64,000 bases of DNA from Mobula hypostoma (lineage: Eukaryota), in contig NC_086097.1 in assembly GCF_963921235.1 (NCBI RefSeq), positions 201,316,001-201,380,000 on the forward strand, written 5' to 3'. Below the pieces are notes generated by a model. That model was not told the origin of the DNA. It did no database searches and saw only the letters and a program-made list of their open reading frames with translations. The position numbers and the translations under genes were made by a program. Shown here piece after piece: positions 38,594 to 52,268 of the stretch (the stretch's first letter is position 1; each line of letters starts with the position of its first letter).

Positions 38594-38777
38594 CTTTGGT
38601 TTTCCTTCCTCATCAGATATTGTTATTTTCAATATTGCTAGCTTGGTCCTCTGTGCATTTAGCACTTTCTCCACTTGGGAGAGCTGTTTCTTCATGCTGG
38701 CTAATTTGTCATTATTAATTTTTAGAGCTTCTTGTATTTGCTGCATTTCTCTTTTCATTTTATTTCTTTCCTGGCGA
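38594..38777 (-). CDS. ccdc178: CCDC178-like exon F (184 nt)
   Basis: AG acceptor, gttagt donor; phase 2 start matches exon E. RQERNKMKREMQQIQEALKINNDKLASMKKQLSQVEKVLNAQRTKLAILKITISDEEGKPK. Confidence 0.88.
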
Positions 38778-38853
38778 CTTTAACAGATGCCAATGTTATT
38801 TTTTTAATAAATCAAAATAATTATGATAGAGTAGAACTTTATTTATCACTTAC

Positions 38854-38990
38854 CTATCTTTAATGTTGTTGTTAAACGTTTCAATAGCCAATTCAAGTTC
38901 TTTATTTTTAGTCTCCAAATTCGTAAGCTCATCCAGTATTTTGTCATATTCTTTTTGTTGATTTGACAAATCAGTATTGCCATTTTGCAT
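38854..38990 (-). CDS. ccdc178: CCDC178-like exon E (137 nt)
   Basis: AG acceptor, gtaagt donor. MQNGNTDLSNQQKEYDKILDELTNLETKNKELELAIETFNNNIKD + 2 nt. Confidence 0.88.
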
Positions 38991-39989
38991 CTACACATAC
39001 AAACATACAGATTCAAGCTATTAAAAGTTAGAACAAAAAAATCTACCAGCACAGTTTCTATAAAGGAATATTAATGTATTTCATTTACTCCTAAGTAGAT
39101 GTAAAGAAGTTTTTACAAACCAGGTTTACTGAGTCAAAAAGAAACTACAGTATACAGATGTCAATTTCCTCAGCCAAAATAATGGTCAGCTGTAATGAAA
39201 AATATTGCCTTGGGATATGAAAGATAATCACATTCATATAGCACAATGCATTGCCATTCTATTGGATTATGCCAGGAATTGATTGTTCAAGTTTCACATG
39301 CAGTGATCTGACATTTAATGCTCATGACCAATGGGGGCTGAAGTGGAGTAACTCAGAAAAAAAAACTTTCTCTGCAAGGACATTTGCAGAACCTGTTCAA
39401 ATCATTACATTCAAATCGGGGCTGCATTATCACCCAATTGAGAACTCATCTCTGCACCACGCCATTCTTTTTCCATCATCCTAGCTTATGTTTCTTTTTG
39501 TTTTCCAGTATAAAGTTTGCTGATGGGTTAAGATGATGTTTCACGTGCTCCAGATGACTTTTATATTTCTGTACCTCTCCTTGTGACATTCCCCTGCTCT
39601 ACTTTACATTTAATTTTATTATTCTGTGCCCACACTAGTGGTATATGTTGGAGCCACCAAATGTTCACCAGTTGTTCAGGTAATTGTTCGAAAGGAAGTA
39701 ATGATTAGAAAAATTACTGGCTGAAATTTAAGTGGGCATTATAAGAGGATACACCAAATCAGAATTGATTTATTCTTCAATTAAATATTAAATCCCACCA
39801 TTTTTAATTATGCTTCTACTCACAGAGACTGTCATTTTGCATTCAGACTCTCATCCCAAGCTACTCAAGTGAATGGAGCAGTAGACATCACTCATGCATT
39901 CCACAGTTCAATGACTGTCAGGAATTCAAAGACATCCAAGCTTGGGAAACTCACTACTGCTAATTCTATAGATTTGCATGCTGAAACAC

Positions 39990-40068
39990 AACTTTGTGTT
40001 CCCTTCATATTAAATATTAATATAATATAAAATTATATTAATACTTAATGTTAAGGGAACACAAAGTT
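39990..40068. repeat. Near-perfect 79-bp palindrome/hairpin
   Basis: 37-bp arms (aactttgtgttccctt... / ...aagggaacacaaagtt) with 3 mismatches and a 5-nt loop. Confidence 0.9.
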
Positions 40069-41299
40069 CACTTTATATATTAATATAATATAAAATTAAG
40101 TGAACGTAATATTAAAAATGTTAAGCTCACTTAATTGGATGCGAATCAGACCATTACCAACTGCATTCATTGTGATCAGTCAAGGAAAACTATTACAAAA
40201 ATATCCCATGATAAAAGAATTCTAAAAGGGTTATTAAATTGCTGTACATTACCTTTGGGATGCAAACTCTCCTGACTTCCAACTCCATAATAATAGATCT
40301 GCCATTCATCAAACACAGTTTAAAAAAAAGACTGTCTATATTAGGCTTGTTGATCACTCAAAATTATACATTAGGGCCAATTACCTTTCTCCTCTCAGAA
40401 GAAACTACATGAGGCAAAAGAATGCTTGGTATTCAAATACATATACTGTGTAATTTTTTTTCCATCAGTTAAATTAATGATGGAAAGATCATACACAGAA
40501 ATGCCCATTTTTCCAATGTGCACTCTTAGCATCTGCACATAAAGAGGGAAAATCACTTTTACAATTTAAATGGAAGGAATCCAACTGAACACCTTTCTAA
40601 TAGAACGTTGGCCATCCGTGAATCAACTTGTCCACAAAGTTAGGTACACAAAATAATGGGGGGGGGGAGAGAGAAAATTAAGTACAAGTCTATTTTATTG
40701 GTGCTGGAAGTTCTAGTAAATAAATGAAGCACAGTCACTCCCACCGTTTACTGTATATGAATGTTTACATCAGTACAAAACCAGATGTGAGCACAGGAAT
40801 TAGATGAGCAAGGAAAAATGCTTTAGTTTTCCTAAAATATCCAGATTTCTCAGCCATTACTGAAGCAATTACAATTTTATTTTGATTTTTAACATATTGG
40901 GGTAAAAGTTTTTTTTCCCTGATTTACAGCCTTTTTGCATGAATCACCAACGGCACAGGAAAAGAATTAGACAAAAACAGAAAATGTTGGAATCATTCAG
41001 CAGATAAAATAGCATTCTCAGAAACAATGTTGGTTGATTAAGGACTCCTTATCAGAATTGGGAAAGTGTGAACATAACTATTTTAAGATGCAATGAGGTT
41101 GTGGAGGGTGAGGGGTGGGCTTCAGGGTAAGAAACAGAGAAAATGTGATAAGGTGCAGATCAATGTTGTCAAGGCAACAATTACTTAAAATACCAGTTGG
41201 AGACAGAAAATAACGGAACAGACTTGTGTGAGGGCTCTCAACCTTTTTATGCCATGGACCAATACCATTAAACAAAGCGTCTGTAGACCAAAGGTTAGG

Positions 41300-44200
41300 A
41301 ACATGAGGGGGATCTTCTTCACTCAGAGGGTGATGAAAATGTACAACGAGCTGGCCGCAGAAGTGGTGACTGCAGGATTGAATTCAACATTTAAGGGAAA
41401 TTTACCTCTCATCCTCCATCTCTCCAAGGAGAAAAGGCCAAATTCACTCAACCTGTTCTCATAAGGCATGCTCTCCAATCCAGGTAAGATCCTTGTAAAT
41501 CTCCTCTGCACTCTCTCTAAAGCAACAACATCCTTCCTCTCTTGAGGTGACCAGAACTGAACACAGTACTCCAAGTGGGGTCTAACTACAGTCTTATATA
41601 GCTGTAACATTACCTCAAAGCTCCACAACTCAATCCCACATCTGATGAAGGCCAACATAGGATGAGAGGTGACCTGATAGAGGAGTATAAGATGATGAGA
41701 AGCATTGATCGTGTGGATAGTCAGAGGCTTTTTCCCAGGGCTGAAATGGCTAGCACGAGAGGGCACAATTTTAAGGTGCTTGGAAGTAGATACAGAGGAG
41801 ATGTCAGGGGCAAATTTATTATGCAGAGAGTGGTGAGTGCATGGGAAGTGCTGCCGGCATCGGTGGTGGAGGTGGATACGATAGAGTGTTTTAAAGAGGC
41901 TCCTGGATAGGTACATGGAGCTCAGAAAAATAGAGGGCTATGGGTAACCCTAGGTAATTTCTAAGGTAAGGACATGTTTGGCACAGCTTCGTGGGCCGAA
42001 CAGCCTGTATTGTGCTGTACGTTTTCTATGTTTCTATACTATAGGCCTTCTTAACAACACTATCAACCTGTGTAGCAGCTTTTGAGTGTCCTATGGACAT
42101 GGACCCCAAGATCTTGCTGATCCTCCACACTGCCAAGAGTCTTACCATTAATATTATGTTCTGTTTTCAAATTTGACCTACCGAAATGAACCACCACACT
42201 TAGTTCTGCACCTTATCGATGTCCTGCTGTAACCTCTAAGCACTTTCCAGACTATCCACAACACCCCCAACTTCTGTATCACCAGAAAATTACTAAGCCA
42301 CGCTTCTACTTCCTCATCCAGATTTTATTTTTAATCAGAAAGAAGAGGGGTCCTAGAACAGCTCCCTGTGGAACACCACTGGTCACCCTCCTCCATACAG
42401 AATACAAACCATCCACAACCACCATTTGCTTTCTGTGGTCAAGTCAATTCTGGATCCACAAAGCAAGGTCTCATTGGATCCCATCCCTCATTACTTTCTG
42501 AATGAGCCTTATTAAATGCCTTACTGAAATCCATACATCCACTGTTCTACTTTCATCAATGTGTTTTGTTAAGTCCTCAAAGAATTTAATCAGGTTCATA
42601 AGGCATGACATGACCTTGACAAAGCCATATTGACTAATCCTAATCAGATTATTTTTCTCCAAACGTTCATAAATCCTGCCTCTCAGGATATTCTCCAGCA
42701 GCTTACCCACCACTGAAATAAGACTCACACTCTATAATTTCCTGGGTTATCTCCACTTCCTTTCTTGAACAAGGGAACAGCGTTTGCAACATTCCAATCC
42801 TCTGATACTTCTCCTGTCCCTATTGATGATGTAAATATCATCACCAGAGGCTTAGCAATCTCCTCCCTCTCTTCCCACAGTAGTCTGGGGTACAGCTCGT
42901 CTGGTCCCAGTGACTTATCTAACTTAATACCTTTCAAAAGCTCCAGTGTGTCCTCTCTCTTAATGTCTATACACTCAAACGTTTCAGTCTGCTTGAAGTC
43001 ATTCCCACAATTGCCAAGGTCCTGTTTACTGGTGAATACTGAAGCAAAGTATTCATTCAGTTCCTCTGCTACCTCCTGCGGCTCCATGCACGTATTTCCA
43101 CTCTCATTCCTGATTGGTCCTATTCGCACACGACTCATCCTCTTGCTCTCCACATACTTGTAGAATGCCTTGGCGTTTTCCCTAATGCGATTTGCCAAGG
43201 CCTTCTCATGGCCCCTTTTAACTTTCTATCCTGGTGTCTCTTTTGCTGCTGCAGAATCTCCCATCTTCCCCCCTAACTCTTGAGTCTCCTATGACTATAC
43301 CCTTCCCTTTGGAGGCTCAGAGCTGAATGCAGAGCTATTGGTCTGGCTGCTGCTGCCTTGCCCAGATAAGTCATACCCCACGGCAGTATCCAAAGGGGTA
43401 TAGTGGTTGCTGGGGGGAATGGCCACACGGGGACCCTGCACTGACTTCTTTCTCCCTTGACCTCTCTTGGTGAATTCTACTTCCTGGATTCTGCATTCTG
43501 GGTCAACCAAGGTTGTGTACCCTTGCCACTTGAGAATAACTTCTTTTGAGGGGCATATCTATCCTGCACCTTGTGAACTATTCCCAGAAACTTCATCCGC
43601 TCTGCTCTGCCATTATCCACGCCTGTATCCTCCCCCAATCCACCTGGACAAGCTCCTTTCTCATGCCACTGTAATTCACTTTATTCAATTACAATACTGA
43701 TACATCTGACTTATGCTTCACCATCCCAAGTTGCAGTTTGAATTGAATCATATTATGATCACTGTCTCTTAAGGGTTCCTTCATCTTAAGCTCCCTAATA
43801 AAATCTGGATTATTACACTACACCCAATCTAAGATAGCCTTTCCCCAAGTAAGTCAAGGACAAGCTGCTCTAAAATGCCATCTCATAGGCATTCAATAAA
43901 TTTCCTCTCTTTCAATCTGACACCAATCTGATTTTCCTAACCCCCTTGCATATTGAAGTCCTCCATTACAATTGTGACCTTATGCTTATTACATGCCCCT
44001 TCCAGCATGCTTTGCAATCTCAACCCCACATCTTGGCTACCATTTGAAGACCTATATATATCATTCCCATTATGTTTTTTTTTACCTTACCGTTTCTTAA
44101 CTCCTTGCAGAAAGATTCGACATTACGTCACCTCCGTCTAAAGATATAATTCCATCTCTCACCAACAGAGCCAAACCACCGCCACTGCCTTCCTGCCTGT

Positions 44201-46620
44201 CCTTTTGATACAAAGTACATCCTTTGATATTAAGTTCCCAACTATGACCTTCTTTCAGCTACAATGTCATACCAACCAATCTCTAATTGTGCCACAATTT
44301 TATCCACTTTTTTCCGAATGCTACGTGCATTTAAATTCACCATCTTCAGTCCTACATTCTGGGCCCTTTTGAATTTAGCCTCTGTGATACATTAAGACCA
44401 TACGATATCGGAGCAGAAGTAGGCCATTTGGCCCATCAAGGCTGCTCCGGCATTCAATCATGGGCTGATCCAATTCTTCCAGTCAACCCACTCCCCTGCT
44501 TTCACCCCATCCCCTTTGATGCCCTGGCTAATCAAGAACCTATCTATCTCTGTCTCAAATACACCAATGACTTGGCCTCCACGGAAATTTGTGGCAACAA
44601 ATTCCACCCTCTGCCTAAAGTAATTTCTCTGCATCTCTGTTCTAAAAGGATGTCCTTCAATCCTGAAGTCGTGCCTTCTTGTCCAGAATCCCCTACCATG
44701 GGAAATAACCCCACCATATCTAATCTGTTCAGGCCTTTTAACATTCGGAATGTTTCTATGAGATCTCTCCTCAATCTCCAGAACTCCAGAGCATACAGCC
44801 CAGCAGCTGCCAGACGTTCCTCATATGGTAACCCTTTCATTCCTGGAATCATTCTCGTGAATCTTCTCTGAACCCTCTCCAATGTCAGTATATCCTTCTT
44901 AAAATAAGAAGCCCAAAACTGCACACAATACTCCAAGTGTGGTCTCACAAGTGCCTTATACAGCCTCAACATCACATCTCTGCTCTTATATTCTATACCT
45001 TTAGAAATGAATGCCAACATTACATTTGCCTTCTTCACAACTGACTCAACCTGGACGTTAACCTTTAGGGTATCTTGCACAAGGACTTCCAAGTGCCTTT
45101 GCATCTCTGCATTTGAATTATCTCCCCATCTAAATAATAGTCTGCCCGTTTATTTCTTCCACCAAAGTGCATGACCATACACTTTCCAACATTGTATTTC
45201 ATTTGCCACTTTTTTGCCCGTTCCCCTAAACTATCTCAGTCTCTCTGCAGGCTCTCTGTTTCCTCAACACTATCCGCTCCTCTACCTATCTTTGTATCAT
45301 TCGCAAATTTAACCACAAATCTATTAATACCGTAGTCCAAATCATTGACATACATTGTAAAAAGCAGCGGTTCCAACACTGACCCCTGTGGAAATCTACT
45401 GGTAACCGGCAGCCAGCCAGAATAGGATCCCTTTATTCCCACTCTCTGTTTTCTGCTGACCAGCCAATGCTTCACCCAAGCTAGTAACTTCCCTGTAATT
45501 CCATGGGCTCTTATCTTGCTAAACAGCCTCATGTGCGGCACCTTGTCAAAGGCCTTCTGAAAAGTACACCACGCCTACTGCATCTCCTTTGTCTATCCTG
45601 CTCGTAATTTCCTCAAAAAATTGCAGTAGGTTTGTCAGGCAGGATTTTCCTTTCAGGAAACCATGCTGGTTTTGCCCTATCTTGTCATGTGCCTCCACCT
45701 AATCTCACCCCTAACAATTGATCCAACTCTTTGCACTGTCTGCATTTCTACCCAATCATTGGCTTGTCCTTGCTTACATTCAAGTTACATTTATCTTGTA
45801 ATTCTGCTGGCTCATTCTCAGCTCCATCATACTGGTTCCCATCCCCCTGCCATTTTAATTTAAACCACTCCCAACAGTTCTAGCAATCCGACGCTCAAGG
45901 ATATTAGTGCCCCTCAGATTTAAGTGCAACCCGTCCCTTTGTACGTTACACCTGCCCCAGAAATCTGAATCCCTGCCCCCGTTCCAATTCTTCAGACACG
46001 CATTTATCTCCCACCTCATTCTATTCCTATCCTCACTGTCACGTGGCACAGGCAGCAAAGCTGGGATTACTACCCTTGAGGTCCTGCTTCTCAACTTCCT
46101 TCCTAACACACAGTATTCTGTTTTCAGGACATCCTTTCTTTTTCTACTTATGTTCTACAATATGCACCACTACTTATAGCTGCTTACCCTCCCTTTTCAG
46201 AATATTGGGGATACGTTCCGAAACATTGCAGAACATTGCAGAACCTGGCAGCTGGAAGGCAAACTACCATCCATGTCTCCTTATCATGTCCAGATAATCA
46301 CCTATCTGTCCCCCTAACTATAGAGTCTCCTATGACTGCTGTCATTCTCTTCTTCTGTTCGATGATGAGAAAATTCTTCAATTGATCAATGACCAGCTTT
46401 ATAATATCGAGCTCAGAAAATTGTAATGTGTTTTGGTTGTGGAGGCCACCTTTATGTATATTTAAGGCAGAAGTTGATAGATTCTTGATTAGTCAGGGCA
46501 TGAAAGGATACAGGGAGAAGGGGAAGGTAGGAGATTGGGGCCAAGAGAGAAAATGGATCAGTCATGATGAAGTGGCGAAACTGACAAGATGGGCTAAATG
46601 GCATAATTTTGCATCTATAC
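41300..46620. mobile_element. Cluster of nested CR1 fragments, mostly minus strand (plus-strand 3' end at 41659-42035)
   Basis: RT motifs in ORFs 41323-41916, 42725-43198, 44544-45104 and 45236-45541; ORF1 esterase end (DGLHLN...GLN*) at 45855-46109. Confidence 0.85.
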
Positions 46621-46750
46621 ATTTTTCCATGGGATCATCTTTTATTTGGAGTAAAACATAAATGGGTTGAAAAAAATTGTTACATGTTAAGATAGGTGGC
46701 GAAAAGACCTCCCTCAGATTTTTTAAAAAAGATAAACGATAGTCTCTTAC

Positions 46751-46846
46751 TTTATCTCTAATAGTGTGTTCAATTTCAGTGCAAGACGCTGCTAGCATTT
46801 TGATCTCAACATATTCATCTGTAACTTTAGCTTTCAATTGTTGTAT
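46751..46846 (-). CDS. ccdc178: CCDC178-like exon D (96 nt)
   Basis: ttttttccccaaacag acceptor, gtaaga donor. IQQLKAKVTDEYVEIKMLAASCTEIEHTIRDK, phase 0/0. Confidence 0.88.
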
Positions 46847-46958
46847 CTGTTTGGGGAAAAAACAAGCAAAGCCAATAAATATTATTCCAATTTTCAATAG
46901 TACCACTAAAGTAATTTGTTTTTTATTATCCTAAACAATTCACAATTTTTAAGTAAGC

Positions 46959-48072
46959 AGTGCTTCAAGGCCGCCACCATCGTCCCCGTGCCTTAGAAGA
47001 CTTCAGTGTCCTGCCTCAACAACTACCATCCTGTTGCACTCACATCCATCATCATGAAGTGTTTCGAGAGGCTCGTCAAGACCCTGCTGCCCCCCTCACT
47101 GGACCCCCTGCAGTTCGCGTGCCATCCCAACCGTTCAACAGACAACGCCATTGCCATCACCCTCCACCTGGACAAAAAAGACACGTACGTTCGCATGCTG
47201 TTCATAGACTTTATTTCAGCATTCAACACGATCATTCCTCAGAAACTGATCGGAAAGCTGAGCCTACTGGGCCTGAACACCTCCCTCTGCAACTGGATCC
47301 TAGACTTCCTGACTGGGAGACCTCAGTCAGTCCAGATTGGAAGCAGCATCTCCAATACCATCACACTGAGCACGGGGGCCCCCCAGGGCTATGTGCTCAG
47401 TCCACTGCTGTTCACTCTGCCAACCCACGACTGTACTGCAATACACAGCTCGAACCACATCATCAAGTTCGCCGATGACACGACCGTGGTGGGACTCATC
47501 AGCAAGAACGATGAGTCAGTATACAGAGAGGAGGTGCAGCGGCTAACAGACTGGTGCAGAGCCAACAACCTGTCTCTGAATGTCAACAAAATAAAAGAGA
47601 TAGTTGTTGACTTCAGGAGGACACGGAGCGACCACTCTCCGCTGAACATCGACGACTCCTCTGTAGAGATCGTTAAGAGCACCAAATTTCTTGGTGTTCA
47701 CCTGGCAGAGAATCTCACCTAGTCCCTCAACACCAGCTCCATAGCAAAGAAAGCCCAGCAGCATCTCTACTTTCTGCAAAGGCTAAGAAAAGTCAATCTC
47801 CCACTCCTCATCCTCACCACATTCTACAGAGGTTGTATTGAGAGCATCCTGAGCAGCTGCATCACTACCTGGTTCGGAAATTGCACCATCTTGGATCGCA
47901 AGACCCTGCAGCGGATAGTGAGGTCAGCTGAGGAGATCATCGGGGTCTCTCTTCCCGCCATCACAGACATTTACACTGCACGCTGCATCCGTAAAGCAAA
48001 TAGCATTATGAAGGACCCCACGCACCCCTCATACAAACTCTTCTCCCTCCTGCCATCTGGCAAAAGGCACAG
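46959..48072 (+). mobile_element. Rex1/Babar RT fragment
   Basis: [29 protein letters not shown] and IKFADD motifs. Confidence 0.9.
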
Positions 48073-48128
48073 ATTTGAACTGCCCGTGCATGTAACGAGA
48101 GCATCTTGGACCTCCAGGTGGTCCACAG

Positions 48129-48406
48129 CAGGGGTGATTGATAAGGCCGTGGCCTAAGGAAGAATGAGCTGAGTTATACAGCTCTCATTACATGCATGTA
48201 CAGTTCAACTCTTTGAGTGAAAATGCGGCAAGTTTGAAGTTTCTCCTCATCTCCTTCTACTTTAGGCCACTGACTTCTACAAAGAAGGGATCTGTGTGCT
48301 CCACAACCATTGGACTAAGTGTGTAAATGTAGGAAAAATAAATGTGCTAGGTTTTCTAAAATTGACTCCTTCTACTTTAGGCCATGAACTTATCAATCAC
48401 CCCTCG
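48129..48406 (+). mobile_element. Internally deleted mariner element (MITE-like)
   Basis: TIRs aggggtgattgataag..tggcctaa / ttaggccatgaacttatcaatcacccctcg-TA; transposase C-terminal remnant FYKEGICVLHNHWTKCV. Confidence 0.75.
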
Positions 48407-49696
48407 TAATTGGAACAATATGAAGATTTTGATATCTATCGAAGAATTTGATACCTATCAAATAACTTGTTCCTTTGGACATAATTCTTAAGGAATACCT
48501 TTTAAAATATAACTGGCTAAAAATGACACTATCATTATACTGATCAGGGAATGGACCAACAGAGTTTTGATAGTGAGATAGCAACCAGCCAGTTGCCAAC
48601 TGCTTTGAAGGGATGCTGGGCATGAAAAAGGCCAGGCACGTGATTGAATAGTAGGACCAGATCAGGAGAATAGAAATAGAAGAGTGGGAACTGGAATAAA
48701 GACCATGATGTACCCTGGAGGATGATGATTTGACTTGCATGGCTGGTCTGTTTAGTGGGAGGGTGATGGATCACATAGTGAGCACAAGCATGTGACTCTG
48801 CAGATTTGGAAAGAGATTGTCATGTGAAAATCTAGTGCAAGACAGGGCCTCATCAGGAGTGGATTTTGTGATCATAACTAGAGGAACTGAGTATATGTCC
48901 ACACCGTTGAGAGAAAGGGTCAGTTTTGAAACGGGCTGAAGATGTGGTGAGATTAATACAGTACAGGCAGGGGTAGTACCCAATGTTGGTGGTGAGTAAT
49001 TAACTTATATGCAGGTGTCCTGGCGTAGTACTGTTCTCAAAAGACAGTTAACTTGGAAATGCTAATGATGGACCTTCTTGAACAACAACGGTCCAAGTTC
49101 TTTTGCAACATTTCATATTAAAAGTTGCAATGTTTATGGATTTATGTTTCAAAAAGCATCAGGATGTGTCAGCAACTGACATCCAACAATGCCTGGTTGA
49201 CTTTCAGATATGACACAATATTATCCAAAATTAGTCACTGTATTTCAATTCAGTAAATAAAAATTGATTTTCAAGTACATGATACTCAAAAAAGCTTAAA
49301 TTTCTAGGCAGTGATACATGATCAACCACATAGTACGTAAAAAGACTCAATTCCTCTTTCATTATCAATGTCTGGCCTGCAGTCAGTCCAATATCTTATA
49401 AAACACTCACTTGTCAATTTCCATCACACCTCTAATTAAGTTACAGTTTCAGATTTGAAATATACTCAAGCAAATTCCCAGCCGTTATTTTGCTCAGGGT
49501 TCTTTATTTCAGATTTTATAAGACATTTTTTATATTTTCAAACCTTGTCACTTTAGAGTTAACATATTAGTTAAAAATTCTCAAAATTACTTTCCCCAAA
49601 CAATTCCTCACATATTCCAGAGCATATAAATCATGGGCACACTACTCAATAGAAGCATACACTCAGAGATTTAAAAAAAACAAATTAAATACTTGC

Positions 49697-49850
49697 ATTG
49701 TCTTTCTTTATATTCTTCTGAAATTCCAAATCAACCAATTCATCGGTAAGTCTTTTATGTGACTTTTCTGCTTCTACAATCTGATCCTGAATTTTTTGTT
49801 CTTGAGTAGTATATATTTCAAATACCATTTTGGCTGTGATTATGTCCTTG
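49697..49850 (-). CDS. ccdc178: CCDC178-like exon C (154 nt, GC donor)
   Basis: ttctatttaaag acceptor; phase 2 start matches exon B. KDIITAKMVFEIYTTQEQKIQDQIVEAEKSHKRLTDELVDLEFQKNIKKDN, then gcaagt donor. Confidence 0.82.
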
Positions 49851-50013
49851 CTTTAAATAGAAAGATGATGTGTTACAAAACAGTTCTGAAGCTTATATAA
49901 AGCTATTTCTATCCTGCACATATTTCTGTTCAGAGGTTTTAGCGCAGATGTTTTTGTGTAGTGCACAGAGCAAAACAATTAAATTCTAAATATCACAAGA
50001 GAAAATCTGCAGA

Positions 50014-50210
50014 TGCTGGAAATTCAAGTAACACACACAAAATGCTGGAGGAATTCAGCAGGCCCAGCAAAACTCAGTCCTGATGAAGGGTCTAGGCCCA
50101 AAATGTCAACTGTACTCTGAGACCTGATGACGGGTCTTGGCCTGAAACGCCAACTGTACTCTTCTCCATAGATGCTGCCTGACCTGCCGAGATCCTCCAG
50201 AATTTTGTGT
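50014..50210 (+). mobile_element. Penelope-derived foldback with two tandem degenerate hammerhead cores
   Basis: CTGATGA at 50080 and 50124, each followed by ggg...gcc and an (G/A)AAA box; inverted flanks. Confidence 0.65.
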
Positions 50211-51129
50211 AAATGATAAAATATATATTTGTTCAGACTAATATTAAATAATAACTGTCATCCATATATATGACAAAAATAATTGGATACATGTATCTTT
50301 ACTAGTATGTTTGTAATATATTAAAGTTTTAGTTATATTTTCAGTAGAAAGGATCTTTGGCTTGCTGCCTTTTGTATAACTAACAGCTAGCTAGACGGAT
50401 ATATGAAACTATTTAGCAAACAATTCTTCATTTCATTTCAATTCAATTCAAGTTTAATTGACAGTTAACCATACATGAGTATTCAGGAGAGTCTAAGACC
50501 AGAGGACACAGCCTCAGAATACAGGGGTGCCCTTTTAGAATGGGGATGAGGAGAAATTTCTTTGGCCAGAGACTGGTAAATCTATGGAATTTGTTGCCAC
50601 AGGCAGCTGTGGAGGCCAAGTCTTTATGTATATTTAAGGCAGAGGTTAATGGCTTAATGATTGGTCAGGGCATGAATGGTTGCCCATTCATGGCAGGAGA
50701 AGGCAGCTGACTGGGACTGAGAGGAAAAATGGGATAAGCCATAATGAAATGGCAGAGCAGACTCAATGGGCCAAATGGCCTAATTTAGCTCCTATATCTT
50801 ATGGTCTTAGGAATATAGCCAAACGAAACAGCTGGGATTAAGGGGCAAAACGCACAGTATCAACAGTCACACACACAGCACCAAGTACACAGAGGACAGC
50901 CAGCACAAATGATATCACAATTGCACAGTCAAAGAGTCCAAAACTCATGCCATCAATTAACAGTTGACCACAATAGAGTTTGTCCCCTGCTGAGCGAACA
51001 ATGGGGATGGAGCACACCTCCTCCACTGTCCCTCTGAGGCAACACTGTGGCCCAAGGTCCAGCCCTGCACACACAAGACAAAGAACACATATAGAATATC
51101 AGCAAACTACAACCGCACAAAATATACAT

Positions 51130-52268
51130 TCTTTAGTTTTACTTCAACTGCTTCCTTCATCAGGTATTCCCAAAAGCCATTGGCACAGCACAGTAGTTTT
51201 GTGATGTCCAAGTCAATCCTATGGCCATTGCAAATAAAATGTGCTTCTACCGCCGATTTCTCCAGGTAACCCAAACAAATACACCTCTTATTCTCCTTTA
51301 TGCGGGTTTCCACCGTGTGTTCTGTCTGGCCACTATACACTGCTCCACATTCACAGGGAATCCTGTAAACGCCAGCTGTCCTGGGTACTCCAATGTCATC
51401 AGTTCCTGGACATTCTAATACGATGGTAGCCTTGGACATAGTATCTCTCAGTAACCCACCCACACAGACTTGTACCACAATAGCAGCCACCATCACACCT
51501 CCCAATGTAGAGTGGTTCTTTCTACTTTGATTAACTGTGCAAAAACTATTTCGGACCTGGAGAAACTTCACGAGGAAATAAGACAATAATGCATGACGTT
51601 CCTACAGAATGGCTACAAGGTGATCAATTAGGCCTTTAAAAGGCCCGACGGAAAAGCCAGGAAACCTAACAACGAGGAGGGACCTGTCATTACTGCCTGT
51701 CATCTCTATATATCCACGGTTTCTGGAAAGATTGCCAGGATCCTGAAGAAATACCATCCATAAGCCCCAAAGGGAGCTCAAGTTATGGCTTATGCAGGTC
51801 AAAGACTCAGGACGGTTGGCATTTATGGGATTCCCTGTGAATGTGGAGCAGCGTATATCTGCCAGGTGGGATGCATGATTGAAACCTGCATCAAGGAGCA
51901 CAGGAGGTGCACCTGTAACGGCCATAGGATTGACTTTGACGGCACAAATCTACTGTGTTGTGCCAGTGGCTTTTAGGACCACCTGGCAAAGCAGCCTATT
52001 GAAATAAAATTAGAGAAAAAGAATTTTAATAAAGACAACGGTCTCGTTCTCAGTAAAAATTGGAATTCAATTGTAAACAAGGTGGCAGAGCAGAAGCCTG
52101 ATTGGATGAGGACTAACCAATAAAGATGGATGGATGACAGGGGTATATATACCACCAGACCAGACATGCCCAGGCATCATCCCTGATGAAGATGGCAGGT
52201 TTTGTCATCGAAACGCCAGCTAAGATCGATCCCTGTACCCGGGTGGAAGCCCGAGAAGAGTTTATAAT
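51130..52268. mobile_element. Penelope-like element: two inverted GIY-YIG fragments and a 3' hammerhead
   Basis: GVYRIPCECGAVYSGQT (minus) and GIYGIPCECGAAYICQV (plus); CTGATGA-gatggca/tgtcatc-GAAAC at 52183-52214. Confidence 0.8.
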
